Origin: an uncultured Bifidobacterium sp.
Lineage (GTDB): Bacteria > Bacteroidota > Bacteroidia > UKL13-3
NCBI GenBank assembly: GCA_964442045.1
Contig: CAYTWI010000003.1
Coordinates: 2,632 to 66,631 of the forward strand
Direction of reading: 5' to 3'
DNA: 64,000 bases
The notes below the pieces were generated by a model. It was not told the origin of the DNA and searched no databases. It worked only from the letters and a program-made list of their open reading frames with translations. Position numbers and translations under genes: made by a program. Shown one piece after another: positions 1-8,205 of the stretch (its first letter is position 1; each line of letters starts with the position of its first letter).

Positions 1-88
1 CATTGAGCTAAGCGGTTATAGTGCACTCAGAAAAGGGCTTATTGAAAAACGGAAAACAGAAAAATACCTGGATAAGAATTGGGCATAA
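1..88 (+). CDS. 3' end of an unidentified CDS entering from the left edge (...IELSGYSALRKGLIEKRKTEKYLDKNWA*)
   Basis: Frame 2 is open from the window edge to TAA at 86-88. It is too short to identify and is not in the ORF track. Confidence 0.2.
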   Translation, partial: IELSGYSALRKGLIEKRKTEKYLDKNWA

Positions 89-642
89 CAAAACACCATC
101 AATTGTTGCTTGATTTTTTAGTTACCGATAAAGTTTTGCAGGAAAATTATTGTGTTTGATAAAAAACTTTCAAGTTCGAGGCTTGTGTAGTAATACAAAA
201 TGGGAGTTTACATAAATGTAAATGACCATTTTTATAACAAGCGTAACGAAGAAATTGGAGTTTTTTGCGAATACAATTTTACAATGAATTTTACCTGCAA
301 CTATGCAGTAAGCAGTGCACTGGTTGTATGTAGCGACTTTTTCATTGTAGTAGTTTTTATTGATTAATAATTATTTTGAGTCCACAAAACTATATTTCTT
401 TTTTTATAAAACAAAAAAATAAAATTTTTGGAGTTAATGGAAGTTTTTGATGGTATAAAACGAAGTTTGAATTTTTTACTACGCAATACAGCTGCACACT
501 TGAAGGTTTATTTAGCTTATTATTATAAAAGTGTAATTTATTTTAATGATAATCAATTTGTTGTATTTTGAGGTATTTTTTTAATTATTACGCAAATAAG
601 CTGCATAATTCAGCATGCATCTTTGCCATATCAAAATGACTC

Positions 643-694
643 CCCTACAAGATTGGCTGAACATATTGAAAAATATGGCTTGTAGGGGTTTTAT
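643..694 (+). promoter_or_regulatory. Long imperfect hairpin plus T-run just upstream of the rtcB start (terminator/attenuator-like leader element)
   Basis: CCCCTACAAG (643-652) pairs with CTTGTAGGGG (679-688). An inner CATATT/AATATG stem lies between them, and TTTTAT follows. The rtcB ATG is at 709. Confidence 0.35.
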
Positions 695-708
695 AAAACA
701 AACGAATT

Positions 709-2130
709 ATGAATACACAAATTAACGGTAACGATTTAATAGAATTAGGTTACGAACAAGGCGAAATATTAGGATTGGCTTTAAGAGCTAACAGAAAAAG
801 AACTGGCTATACACGCGATGAAATGATGATGCATTATAAAAATGTGTTGGAAAATGCTGCCGGATATTTAGATCATAGAATATTTGGGAAATTGGCAACT
901 GCAATGATTGAAAAAGCCAATTCGCCAGTTGAAGAGACAATCGCTTTGATTGAAAATGCGAATGCATACGCCATTTACGGAAAAGAACATATAGAAGCAG
1001 GTGCCATTAAACAAATGGATATTGCCATGAAATTGCCTGTTACTGTGGCTGGTGCTTTGATGCCAGATGCACATCAAGGTTACGGGCTGCCAATTGGAGG
1101 AGTTTTGGCTACTAAAAATGCCATTATTCCTTATGGAGTTGGAGTTGATATAGGATGTAGAATGGCCTTAACTGTTTTTGATATTTCAGAAAATTATTTT
1201 TACCAAAACGCTAATATTTTTAAAGATAAATTGATTGAAAATACCAAGTTTGGTGCTGGTCATGGTTTTCACGGACGACATAAAGCTGACCATGAAGTGT
1301 TGGATAGAAGCGAATTTAACATTACGCCATTTATTAAAAACATGCACGATAAAGCATACTCACAATTAGGAACATCAGGTGGTGGAAACCACTTTGTGGA
1401 ATGGGGAATTATTGAGTTTGCTGAACGTGATGAAGCAATGAATGTAAATGCAGGAAATTATTTGGCATTGCTTACGCATTCAGGTTCTCGTGGATTTGGA
1501 GCCACCATTGCAGGGCATTATACCCAGTTGGCTAAATCCTTATGTAAATTGCCACAAGAAGCAAGAAACTTAGCTTATTTAGATTTGAATTCAGAAGCTG
1601 GACAAGAGTATTGGATTGCCATGAACTTGGCGGGTGATTATGCATCTGCTTGTCATGAAGTAATTCATAATAAATTGGTAAAAGCGGTGGGAGGAAATGT
1701 ATTAGCTAAAATAGAAAACCACCATAACTTTGCTTGGAAAGAAGTTTGGAACGGTGAAGAGGTAATTGTGCATAGAAAAGGCGCAACCCCTGCTGGAAAA
1801 GGAGTGATGGGAATTATTCCAGGCTCTATGACTGCACCAGGATTTTTAGTAAGAGGTAAAGGGGAAACCAATGCCATCAACTCTGCATCGCATGGTGCTG
1901 GAAGGCAAATGAGTAGAACCAAAGCTGTTCAAAATATTTCGCAAGCTGATATGAAAACCATTTTAGAAGCTAACCAAGTTACCTTAATTGGAGCAGGTTT
2001 AGACGAAGCACCAATGGCTTACAAAGACATCAATATGGTAATGAATTCGCAAAAAGATTTAGTAGATGTAGTGGCTAAATTTACTCCAAAAATAGTGCGT
2101 ATGGCCGATGATGGAAGTAGGGAGGATTAG
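709..2130 (+). CDS. rtcB: RNA-splicing ligase RtcB (3'-phosphate/5'-hydroxyl RNA ligase)
   Basis: 473-aa ORF with RtcB-family motifs GVDIGCRM, GGGNHF, HSGSRGFG, ENHHNF and NSASHGAGR. Confidence 0.9.
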   Translation: MNTQINGNDLIELGYEQGEILGLALRANRKRTGYTRDEMMMHYKNVLENAAGYLDHRIFGKLATAMIEKANSPVEETIALIENANAYAIYGKEHIEAGAIKQMDIAMKLPVTVAGALMPDAHQGYGLPIGGVLATKNAIIPYGVGVDIGCRMALTVFDISENYFYQNANIFKDKLIENTKFGAGHGFHGRHKADHEVLDRSEFNITPFIKNMHDKAYSQLGTSGGGNHFVEWGIIEFAERDEAMNVNAGNYLALLTHSGSRGFGATIAGHYTQLAKSLCKLPQEARNLAYLDLNSEAGQEYWIAMNLAGDYASACHEVIHNKLVKAVGGNVLAKIENHHNFAWKEVWNGEEVIVHRKGATPAGKGVMGIIPGSMTAPGFLVRGKGETNAINSASHGAGRQMSRTKAVQNISQADMKTILEANQVTLIGAGLDEAPMAYKDINMVMNSQKDLVDVVAKFTPKIVRMADDGSRED

Positions 2131-2253
2131 TTATACAATTGAAAATGGTAATACGATTTATCATGTGATTTAATAAATAGGAGTTCATTTGAGCTGACAG
2201 ACTTATATTGTCAACTATTAAAACTTTGCTTTATCATATAAAATAGTGTAATA

Positions 2254-2694
2254 CTATCTCAGCTTTTTAAAAAAAGCTTTTACCAAAGTACCACATTCAT
2301 CAGCCAGTATACCTTTTATAACTTCGGTTTTTGGGTGGAGTTTATTGCCAGCCTTTTGGTAACCTCTTTTTTCATCGCTTGCACCAAATACCACTTTATC
2401 AATCTGGCTCCAGAACAAAGCTCCACCGCACATAATGCAGGGTTCAATAGTTACATAAAGTGTACACTCAGTTAAATATTTTGCACCTAAATAATTGGCT
2501 GCAGCCGTAATGGCCTGCATTTCTGCATGGGCCGTTACATCGTTTAGTTTTTCCGTTAAGTTGTAGCCTTTACCAATTATTTTATTGTTGCATACCACCA
2601 CAGCACCAATAGGTACTTCGTCTTCATCAAAAGCTTTTTGTGCTTCTTTTAAAGCCATTTTCATAAAATACTCGTGTGTAAATAACTCTTCCAT
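2254..2694 (-). CDS. tadA: tRNA-specific adenosine deaminase
   Basis: 146 aa with cytidine/deoxycytidylate deaminase zinc motifs HAEMQAI and PCIMCGGAL. The size is typical of TadA. Confidence 0.9.
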   Translation of the reverse strand: MEELFTHEYFMKMALKEAQKAFDEDEVPIGAVVVCNNKIIGKGYNLTEKLNDVTAHAEMQAITAAANYLGAKYLTECTLYVTIEPCIMCGGALFWSQIDKVVFGASDEKRGYQKAGNKLHPKTEVIKGILADECGTLVKAFFKKLR

Positions 2695-2789
2695 AATTTA
2701 AGTCTGCAACTTACTTGTTTTATCGGCTAAAGTAAAATGGAACTATTTGTTTTCAATAAAAGACAATTTAATGTTATTTCGCATGGCGT

Positions 2790-3380
2790 ATGGAAATAGA
2801 TACTACCGGATTACATTCCTTTTTATTAAGCAATAGCCAATTGGGAAACGAAAAAGTAAGTGAAATAGTAAAACTGTTTCAACAGGTTAATGTACCCAAA
2901 AATACCATATATTTAAATGAAGGACAGGTAAGTAATACCTATGCGTTTTTAACAAAAGGGTATATGCGTGCTTTTACTTACGATACTGAAGGCAATGAAG
3001 TAACAACAGCGTTTTACCAAAATAACCAATTGGTGTTTGAAGTACATTCCTTTTTTATGCGCACCCCTTCCAAAGAGTGCATACAGGCTCTAACGGACTG
3101 CACGGTTTTTTATATAGACTTTAACCAGTTAAACCAGTTGTTTCATAGTATTCCTGAGTTCAGGGAGTTTGGCCGCTCTGTTTTAGTGAAATGTTTTGTA
3201 ACTTTAAAACAGCGTATGTTATCAATGATTAATGAAACAGCCGAGCAGCGTTATATAGATCTGTTAACAAGCAATCCCGATATTTTTCAGTTCGCTTCTT
3301 TAAAGCATATAGCTTCTTTTTTAGGTATAACCGATACATCATTGAGCCGTATTCGAAAAGATTTAACTAATAAATATTAG
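2790..3380 (+). CDS. Crp/Fnr-family transcriptional regulator
   Basis: 196 aa with a cNMP-binding-like N-terminal part and a C-terminal helix-turn-helix (IASFLGITDTSLSRIRKDL). Confidence 0.8.
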   Translation: MEIDTTGLHSFLLSNSQLGNEKVSEIVKLFQQVNVPKNTIYLNEGQVSNTYAFLTKGYMRAFTYDTEGNEVTTAFYQNNQLVFEVHSFFMRTPSKECIQALTDCTVFYIDFNQLNQLFHSIPEFREFGRSVLVKCFVTLKQRMLSMINETAEQRYIDLLTSNPDIFQFASLKHIASFLGITDTSLSRIRKDLTNKY

Positions 3381-3457
3381 AGAATTTATTTCTTGTCATT
3401 TGCTAAGAAGTAATAAAGCAATTAGCTACAGTTTTGTATCATTAAATAATTACACTT

Positions 3458-4168
3458 ATGATTAAACTCGGCTATTTATTATTAACCTCTGGCATGGCAG
3501 TTATTGTTATATTTGCCTACTATCAACTATTAATTAAATCAGGCAGACAGCATGGTGTGGCTGTTAATAAAGCGCTAAAGGTGTCCGGTATTTTTTTCTT
3601 CTTTTTATTGTACAATGCTGTTTTAGATAGAACCAATTTTGTGGCTGATTTAAGTTTGCCACCACGGTTGTTTATTTTTGTAATATTACCTTCATTCCTG
3701 CTCATTTTTTTTATCATAAAAAGGTTTCAAAGAAGCAATTTATTACCCTTGGTAAGTCCCCAGCAATTAACCCTTATACAGTTATACAGAGTGGCAATTG
3801 AGTTGCTATTTATAGGCTCGGTTAGCGAAGGCCTTTTAAATAAAGAAGTAACTTTTGAAGGTTATAATTTTGATTTATTGTTCGCTGCTTCTTCCATACT
3901 TGTTTACTTGCTTGTTTATCAATTTAAGCTCATACCGGAAAAAATTGTATTGTACTGGAATTACCTTGGTTTAGCTGTAATAATAAGTATTCTGTTCCTG
4001 TTTACTACCAGTATTTATTTCCCCTTGTTTTGGGGTAGTAAAACACCTTTAATGCCGGACGGTTTTGCCAATTTTTATTTTTTATTGGTTCCTAGTTTAT
4101 TGATGCCTTTGGCAGTATTTATTCATATTTTAGCTATTGTATATTTTAAAAAAGTACGCCTGTTTTAA
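3458..4168 (+). CDS. Polytopic membrane protein, function unknown
   Basis: 236 aa with about 6-7 hydrophobic helices. I recognise no family. Confidence 0.6.
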   Translation: MIKLGYLLLTSGMAVIVIFAYYQLLIKSGRQHGVAVNKALKVSGIFFFFLLYNAVLDRTNFVADLSLPPRLFIFVILPSFLLIFFIIKRFQRSNLLPLVSPQQLTLIQLYRVAIELLFIGSVSEGLLNKEVTFEGYNFDLLFAASSILVYLLVYQFKLIPEKIVLYWNYLGLAVIISILFLFTTSIYFPLFWGSKTPLMPDGFANFYFLLVPSLLMPLAVFIHILAIVYFKKVRLF

Positions 4169-4204
4169 TCCTTTCGTATTTAGCTTATTTTTGGCCTCGT
4201 ATAT

Positions 4205-4876
4205 ATGACCTACAGAGATAAGCTACAATATTTATTAGTACGAAAGCTGCGCATAGCTAATAAAGAAGCCAAAAAGCTTATAGAATCGGGCGCTATTGCA
4301 GTAAATAACACCATTGTTTTTGATAATGTATTAATAAATGTTACCGATAGTGTAAGCTACAACAACAACTTGGTGCAGGAGCCGAAGCAGATGCTTTACA
4401 TAGCTTTGTACAAGCCAAGAGGTATAGAAACAACCCTTAATGAAAGCATTGTCGACAACCTCAAATCATTACTTCCATTTGATGAAAAATTGTTTCCGGT
4501 TGGTAGGTTGGATAAAGAATCAGAAGGCTTATTGCTGATGACCAATGATGGTGATTTGTTTAATAAAATTACAAAACCCGGGAGTGGGATAGAGAAAGAA
4601 TATATAGTTACCGTTGATAAGCCAATAGACGAAACCTTTGTGCAACATATGAGCAATGGTATTGAAATTATGGGTCAGCTAACTTTGCCTTGTAAAGTAA
4701 TGCCCATTGATGCTTACACTTTTCGTATTATTTTAACACAAGGCTTAAACAGGCAAATAAGGCGTATGTGTTATAAGCTGAATTACGGAGTATTAACGCT
4801 GAAACGAATAAGGATAGATAATATATTACTGGGCGATTTAAAACCCGGTGAGTATAAAACCCTGGCTACAATTTAG
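4205..4876 (+). CDS. Pseudouridine synthase, RsuA/RluB/RluF family
   Basis: 223 aa with an S4-like N-terminus, catalytic-Asp motif GRLDKESEGLLLMTNDG, and C-terminal NRQIRRM. Confidence 0.85.
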   Translation: MTYRDKLQYLLVRKLRIANKEAKKLIESGAIAVNNTIVFDNVLINVTDSVSYNNNLVQEPKQMLYIALYKPRGIETTLNESIVDNLKSLLPFDEKLFPVGRLDKESEGLLLMTNDGDLFNKITKPGSGIEKEYIVTVDKPIDETFVQHMSNGIEIMGQLTLPCKVMPIDAYTFRIILTQGLNRQIRRMCYKLNYGVLTLKRIRIDNILLGDLKPGEYKTLATI

Positions 4877-5442
4877 CTTTTTAGTTCATCATCAGTAAAA
4901 TGTCTGATGCCTTTTTCTTTGGCAAATTTATTGGCGTTGTAATCAAGCGATTTATTTTTGGCTATAGATAAAGTGTTCCACTCACCGCTTTTAAGTTGTT
5001 TGGCATAAAACACAATTTGCCCCACATGGTAGGGGTAATGAGCCAGTTGCCTGTTAATGGCTTCCATAACTGTATGGCCTTCGTTGCGTATATAAATAAT
5101 TTTTTCCAGGTCGCTGGTTTGTAAGCTGTCCAGTGTTTGCATAAAACATTGCCAGCCTTTATTCCAGTATTCCATTAGTTCCGCTTTGCTACTTATAGAA
5201 TTTACAAATTCATCATCTCTGTTACGCCAGGGTTTCTCCCCATCCGTTGTTAAAAAATCTGTCCAGCGCGATAGCATGTTTCCACTCAGGTGTTTTACAA
5301 TGGTAGCTATGCTGTTGGTATCATCATTATACATTACAAACAGCTTGTCTTCTGGCAACTGGTCTATGGCTTTTTCGCCTAATTGTTTATAGTAGGCAAA
5401 TTGTTTTTTTACACTGCCTAAATACGATTCGTTAGCACTCAT
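4873..5442 (-). CDS. DinB-superfamily protein (DUF1572-like)
   Basis: 189 aa with His-containing helices (KHLSGNM..., HYPYHVGQIV) typical of DinB-like four-helix bundles. It overlaps the convergent pseudouridine synthase gene by 4 bp. Confidence 0.65.
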   Translation of the reverse strand: MSANESYLGSVKKQFAYYKQLGEKAIDQLPEDKLFVMYNDDTNSIATIVKHLSGNMLSRWTDFLTTDGEKPWRNRDDEFVNSISSKAELMEYWNKGWQCFMQTLDSLQTSDLEKIIYIRNEGHTVMEAINRQLAHYPYHVGQIVFYAKQLKSGEWNTLSIAKNKSLDYNANKFAKEKGIRHFTDDELKS

Positions 5443-5446
5443 TATT

Positions 5447-6166
5447 TTATAAGCTCATCATGTCTTTAAACTTAACCGCCTGTCTGCGGCTTACTTCTAC
5501 TTTTGATCCGTCTTTCATATAAAACAAAAACCCGCTATTGAAAAAAGGTTCAATTTTTTCAATATAATTCAAGTTGATTATCTGCTGACGGTTGGCCCTG
5601 AAAAACATAGTCGGGTTTAAGCGTTCATCCAGCGCGTTCAGCGTTCTGTGAATGAGTGGTTGAAACTTATCGAAATATATTTTAGCATAATTACCATTGC
5701 TTTCAATTAAGCGTATATCTGCTAATTTAACATACCAGCAACGTTCACCATCGCGAATAAAGACCTGGCTGTCGTCAGCTAACTTCTGACTTCCTTTTTG
5801 CTCTTCGGCTAAAGCAATTTGTTTTTTGGCTTTGCTTATAGCCTCACGTAAACGGGTCGTTTCAATGGGTTTTAAAATATAGTCTAAAGCATTTACCTCA
5901 AAAGCTTTAATAGCAAACTCATTGTAAGCGGTGGTAAAAATAATAGCCGGGGTTTCTATTAATTCTTCCAACATTTCAAAGCCTGTTTTTTCAGGCATTT
6001 GTATATCTAAAAATATTAGTTGTGGTTTCAGTTTATCAATTAAATCAAGCCCTTCGTCAGCATTACTTGCTTCACCAATAATTTCAATATCGTTAAATTC
6101 CTTTAGCAGGTTTTTTAGTCCTTCGCGGGCTAATTTTTCATCGTCAATAATTATTGTTTTAATCAT
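5447..6166 (-). CDS. Two-component response regulator, LytTR DNA-binding family
   Basis: 239 aa with a receiver domain (IIIDDE, FLDIQMP, LKP) and a C-terminal LytTR-type domain. It overlaps the upstream kinase gene by 4 bp. Confidence 0.9.
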   Translation of the reverse strand: MIKTIIIDDEKLAREGLKNLLKEFNDIEIIGEASNADEGLDLIDKLKPQLIFLDIQMPEKTGFEMLEELIETPAIIFTTAYNEFAIKAFEVNALDYILKPIETTRLREAISKAKKQIALAEEQKGSQKLADDSQVFIRDGERCWYVKLADIRLIESNGNYAKIYFDKFQPLIHRTLNALDERLNPTMFFRANRQQIINLNYIEKIEPFFNSGFLFYMKDGSKVEVSRRQAVKFKDMMSL

Positions 6167-7260
6167 AATGGTAATATTATTTTGGTTATTACATGGGTAT
6201 TGTCAAAATTCTGAATGGTAAAAGAGGCTGTTTCATCAAATAGTATACGTAAACGCTCACGTGTATTCTCTACTCCCAAACCGCTGCTTTCAGGCTTAGG
6301 GTTGTACTGCCCGCTGTTAATTATTTCAATAACAGTGGCCTGGTTTTGCACATAGGTTTTAATGCGTATGGTACCACCGTTTTTTAAATTACTGATGCCG
6401 TGCTTAATGCCATTTTCTACCAATGTTTGCAGCATCATGGGTGGCAGTTTTGTTTTTAAACTTTGCTCATTAATATCAAGTACGGTTTCCAGCCTTTCAT
6501 CAAACCGTATTTTTTCAATGGCTAAATAATCTTTTACCGTATTTAGTTCTTCAGCCAGTGTTACCGTTTTATTTTTCTCCATTTTAAGCGAACCTCTTAA
6601 TAAGCTGCTTAGTTTGGTAATGGCTTCTTTGGCATTATCGGGGTCAATATCAATTAAGGTTCTGATACCGTTTAAAGAATTAAACAGGAAATGCGGGTTA
6701 AGTTGTGTTTTTAAATTATTGTACTGTGTTTCTTTTAAAACCGCCTGTAACTCAAATTTATCGCGCTCGGTTTTAAGCAAACGTTCCCAGTACTGAAAAA
6801 AGTGATAAATAACTGCCCATAAAAATACATATTTCGATAGGTTAAAGAAAAAGATGGGCAGAATAGAGAAGTTAATTTTTGAAATTACTTCCGTGTTAAA
6901 ATCAAAACTATCCGTAACGTTATTTTGTGATAAGGTATAAAAATCGAGTATTACGTTTAAAATAGTAAGCGGAATGGAAATAATAATAACCAGTATAATG
7001 GCTCTGGGTATTAGTTTGTGTAAAGGTAGCTCCAACCAGTGTAAACGTATAAATATTAAGCGGTACAGGTGGGTTAAAAAAATACCCGCTACCCAATTTC
7101 CCAAACCATTTAATAAAAGGCCGTTGCTGTAGCCAAACACATTAATATAGGTTATAAGCTCTATCAGAATAAAGAAAAACCACCCCCCGATTTGGCAATA
7201 CCAGTATATTTTAGCCTTATTTAACATATTACGCTTGCCAATATAGGAGTACATTTTCAT
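6163..7260 (-). CDS. Sensor histidine kinase, LytS/YehU type
   Basis: 365 aa with N-terminal transmembrane helices, His_kinase motif LNPHFLFNSLNGI, and an ATPase part (LVENGIKHG, GLGVENTRERL). Confidence 0.85.
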   Translation of the reverse strand: MKMYSYIGKRNMLNKAKIYWYCQIGGWFFFILIELITYINVFGYSNGLLLNGLGNWVAGIFLTHLYRLIFIRLHWLELPLHKLIPRAIILVIIISIPLTILNVILDFYTLSQNNVTDSFDFNTEVISKINFSILPIFFFNLSKYVFLWAVIYHFFQYWERLLKTERDKFELQAVLKETQYNNLKTQLNPHFLFNSLNGIRTLIDIDPDNAKEAITKLSSLLRGSLKMEKNKTVTLAEELNTVKDYLAIEKIRFDERLETVLDINEQSLKTKLPPMMLQTLVENGIKHGISNLKNGGTIRIKTYVQNQATVIEIINSGQYNPKPESSGLGVENTRERLRILFDETASFTIQNFDNTHVITKIILPL

Positions 7261-7339
7261 AAAGCAATAACACCCTTACATCAAAGGACTTATTATAAAT
7301 TGAAAGGTTAAAAAACCAATTTGCCCAAAAGTAGTTTAT

Positions 7340-8032
7340 ATGGGTATGCAAAATTACTTAATAGTTGGAGCCAGTTCGGGAATTGGTTCTCAGGTAGCCC
7401 AAGATTTGATTGAAAAAGGCAATCGTGTTATTGCTTTTGGCAGGACACAACCCACATGGAGTGATGTTAACTCGACATATTATTTTATTGATATGGCAGC
7501 ACCTGAATTAACCTTTCCGGAGATAACAGAACCTATACACGGTTTAATATATTGTCCGGGTACCATTAATTTAAGACCTTTCAAGGCATTAAAACCTGAA
7601 GATTATTGGAACGATTTTAATATAAATGCATTAGGTGCCACCAAAGTAATCAAACAATATTTGCCTAACTTAATGGCGGCCAATCAAAGCAGCATTGTTT
7701 TATTTAGCACGGTGGCTGTGCAAACAGGAATGGCTTTTCATGCCAGCATTGCTATGGCTAAGGGTGCTGTTGAGGGCTTAACCCGCAGTTTGGCTGCTGA
7801 GCTAGCTCCTAAAATAAGAGTAAATGCCGTGGCGCCATCTTTAACAGCTACGCCATTGGCCGATAAGTTAATTAATGCAGAAGCTAAACTAAAAAGTGCC
7901 GAAGAAAGGCATCCCCTTAAAAAAATAGGCTCCGTACAAGATGTAGCACAAGCAGTTGATTATTTATTAAACGCGCCCTGGGTAACGGGACAAATTATTC
8001 AGGTTGACGGTGGCATGAGTGCGTTGAGGTAA
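7340..8032 (+). CDS. SDR-family oxidoreductase (atypical active-site region)
   Basis: 230 aa with Rossmann motif VGASSGIGS and C-terminal VTGQIIQVDGG. The expected YxxxK position reads IAMAK. Confidence 0.8.
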   Translation: MGMQNYLIVGASSGIGSQVAQDLIEKGNRVIAFGRTQPTWSDVNSTYYFIDMAAPELTFPEITEPIHGLIYCPGTINLRPFKALKPEDYWNDFNINALGATKVIKQYLPNLMAANQSSIVLFSTVAVQTGMAFHASIAMAKGAVEGLTRSLAAELAPKIRVNAVAPSLTATPLADKLINAEAKLKSAEERHPLKKIGSVQDVAQAVDYLLNAPWVTGQIIQVDGGMSALR

Positions 8033-8105
8033 TATTAATTGCTTAACACAAGAGTAATATTGTAAACCGCTAATAATCAAAGATAATTTTTAAGTAAACA
8101 GGCTG

Positions 8106-8168
8106 CTTAACACTGGCTTAACATTGAAGTAATTTACCCATAACATCCGCATAACATTGGCATAAAAT
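8106..8168. promoter_or_regulatory. Six octamers phased at exactly 11 bp (CTTAACAC/CTTAACAT/AGTAATTT/CATAACAT/CATAACAT/CATAAAAT) upstream of the TonB receptor gene
   Basis: The octamers start at 8106, 8117, 8128, 8139, 8150 and 8161. The last one ends about 40 nt before the ATG at 8206. Confidence 0.4.
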
Positions 8169-8205
8169 CAAAGATTTTATTTTGCGGCACTTTAAATTAC
8201 TGAAA

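Noticed and set aside
8182-8205. Longer N-terminal extensions offered by the ORF track: TonB receptor 8182, hbd-like gene 16409, thyA 52508, gltX 52604 (GTG), recR 51670, xth 59611, RCC1 protein 18433 (TTG).
   Set aside because: In each case an internal ATG gives a canonical N-terminus (signal peptide, Rossmann motif or conserved family start). For xth, the extension also runs through an upstream terminator hairpin.
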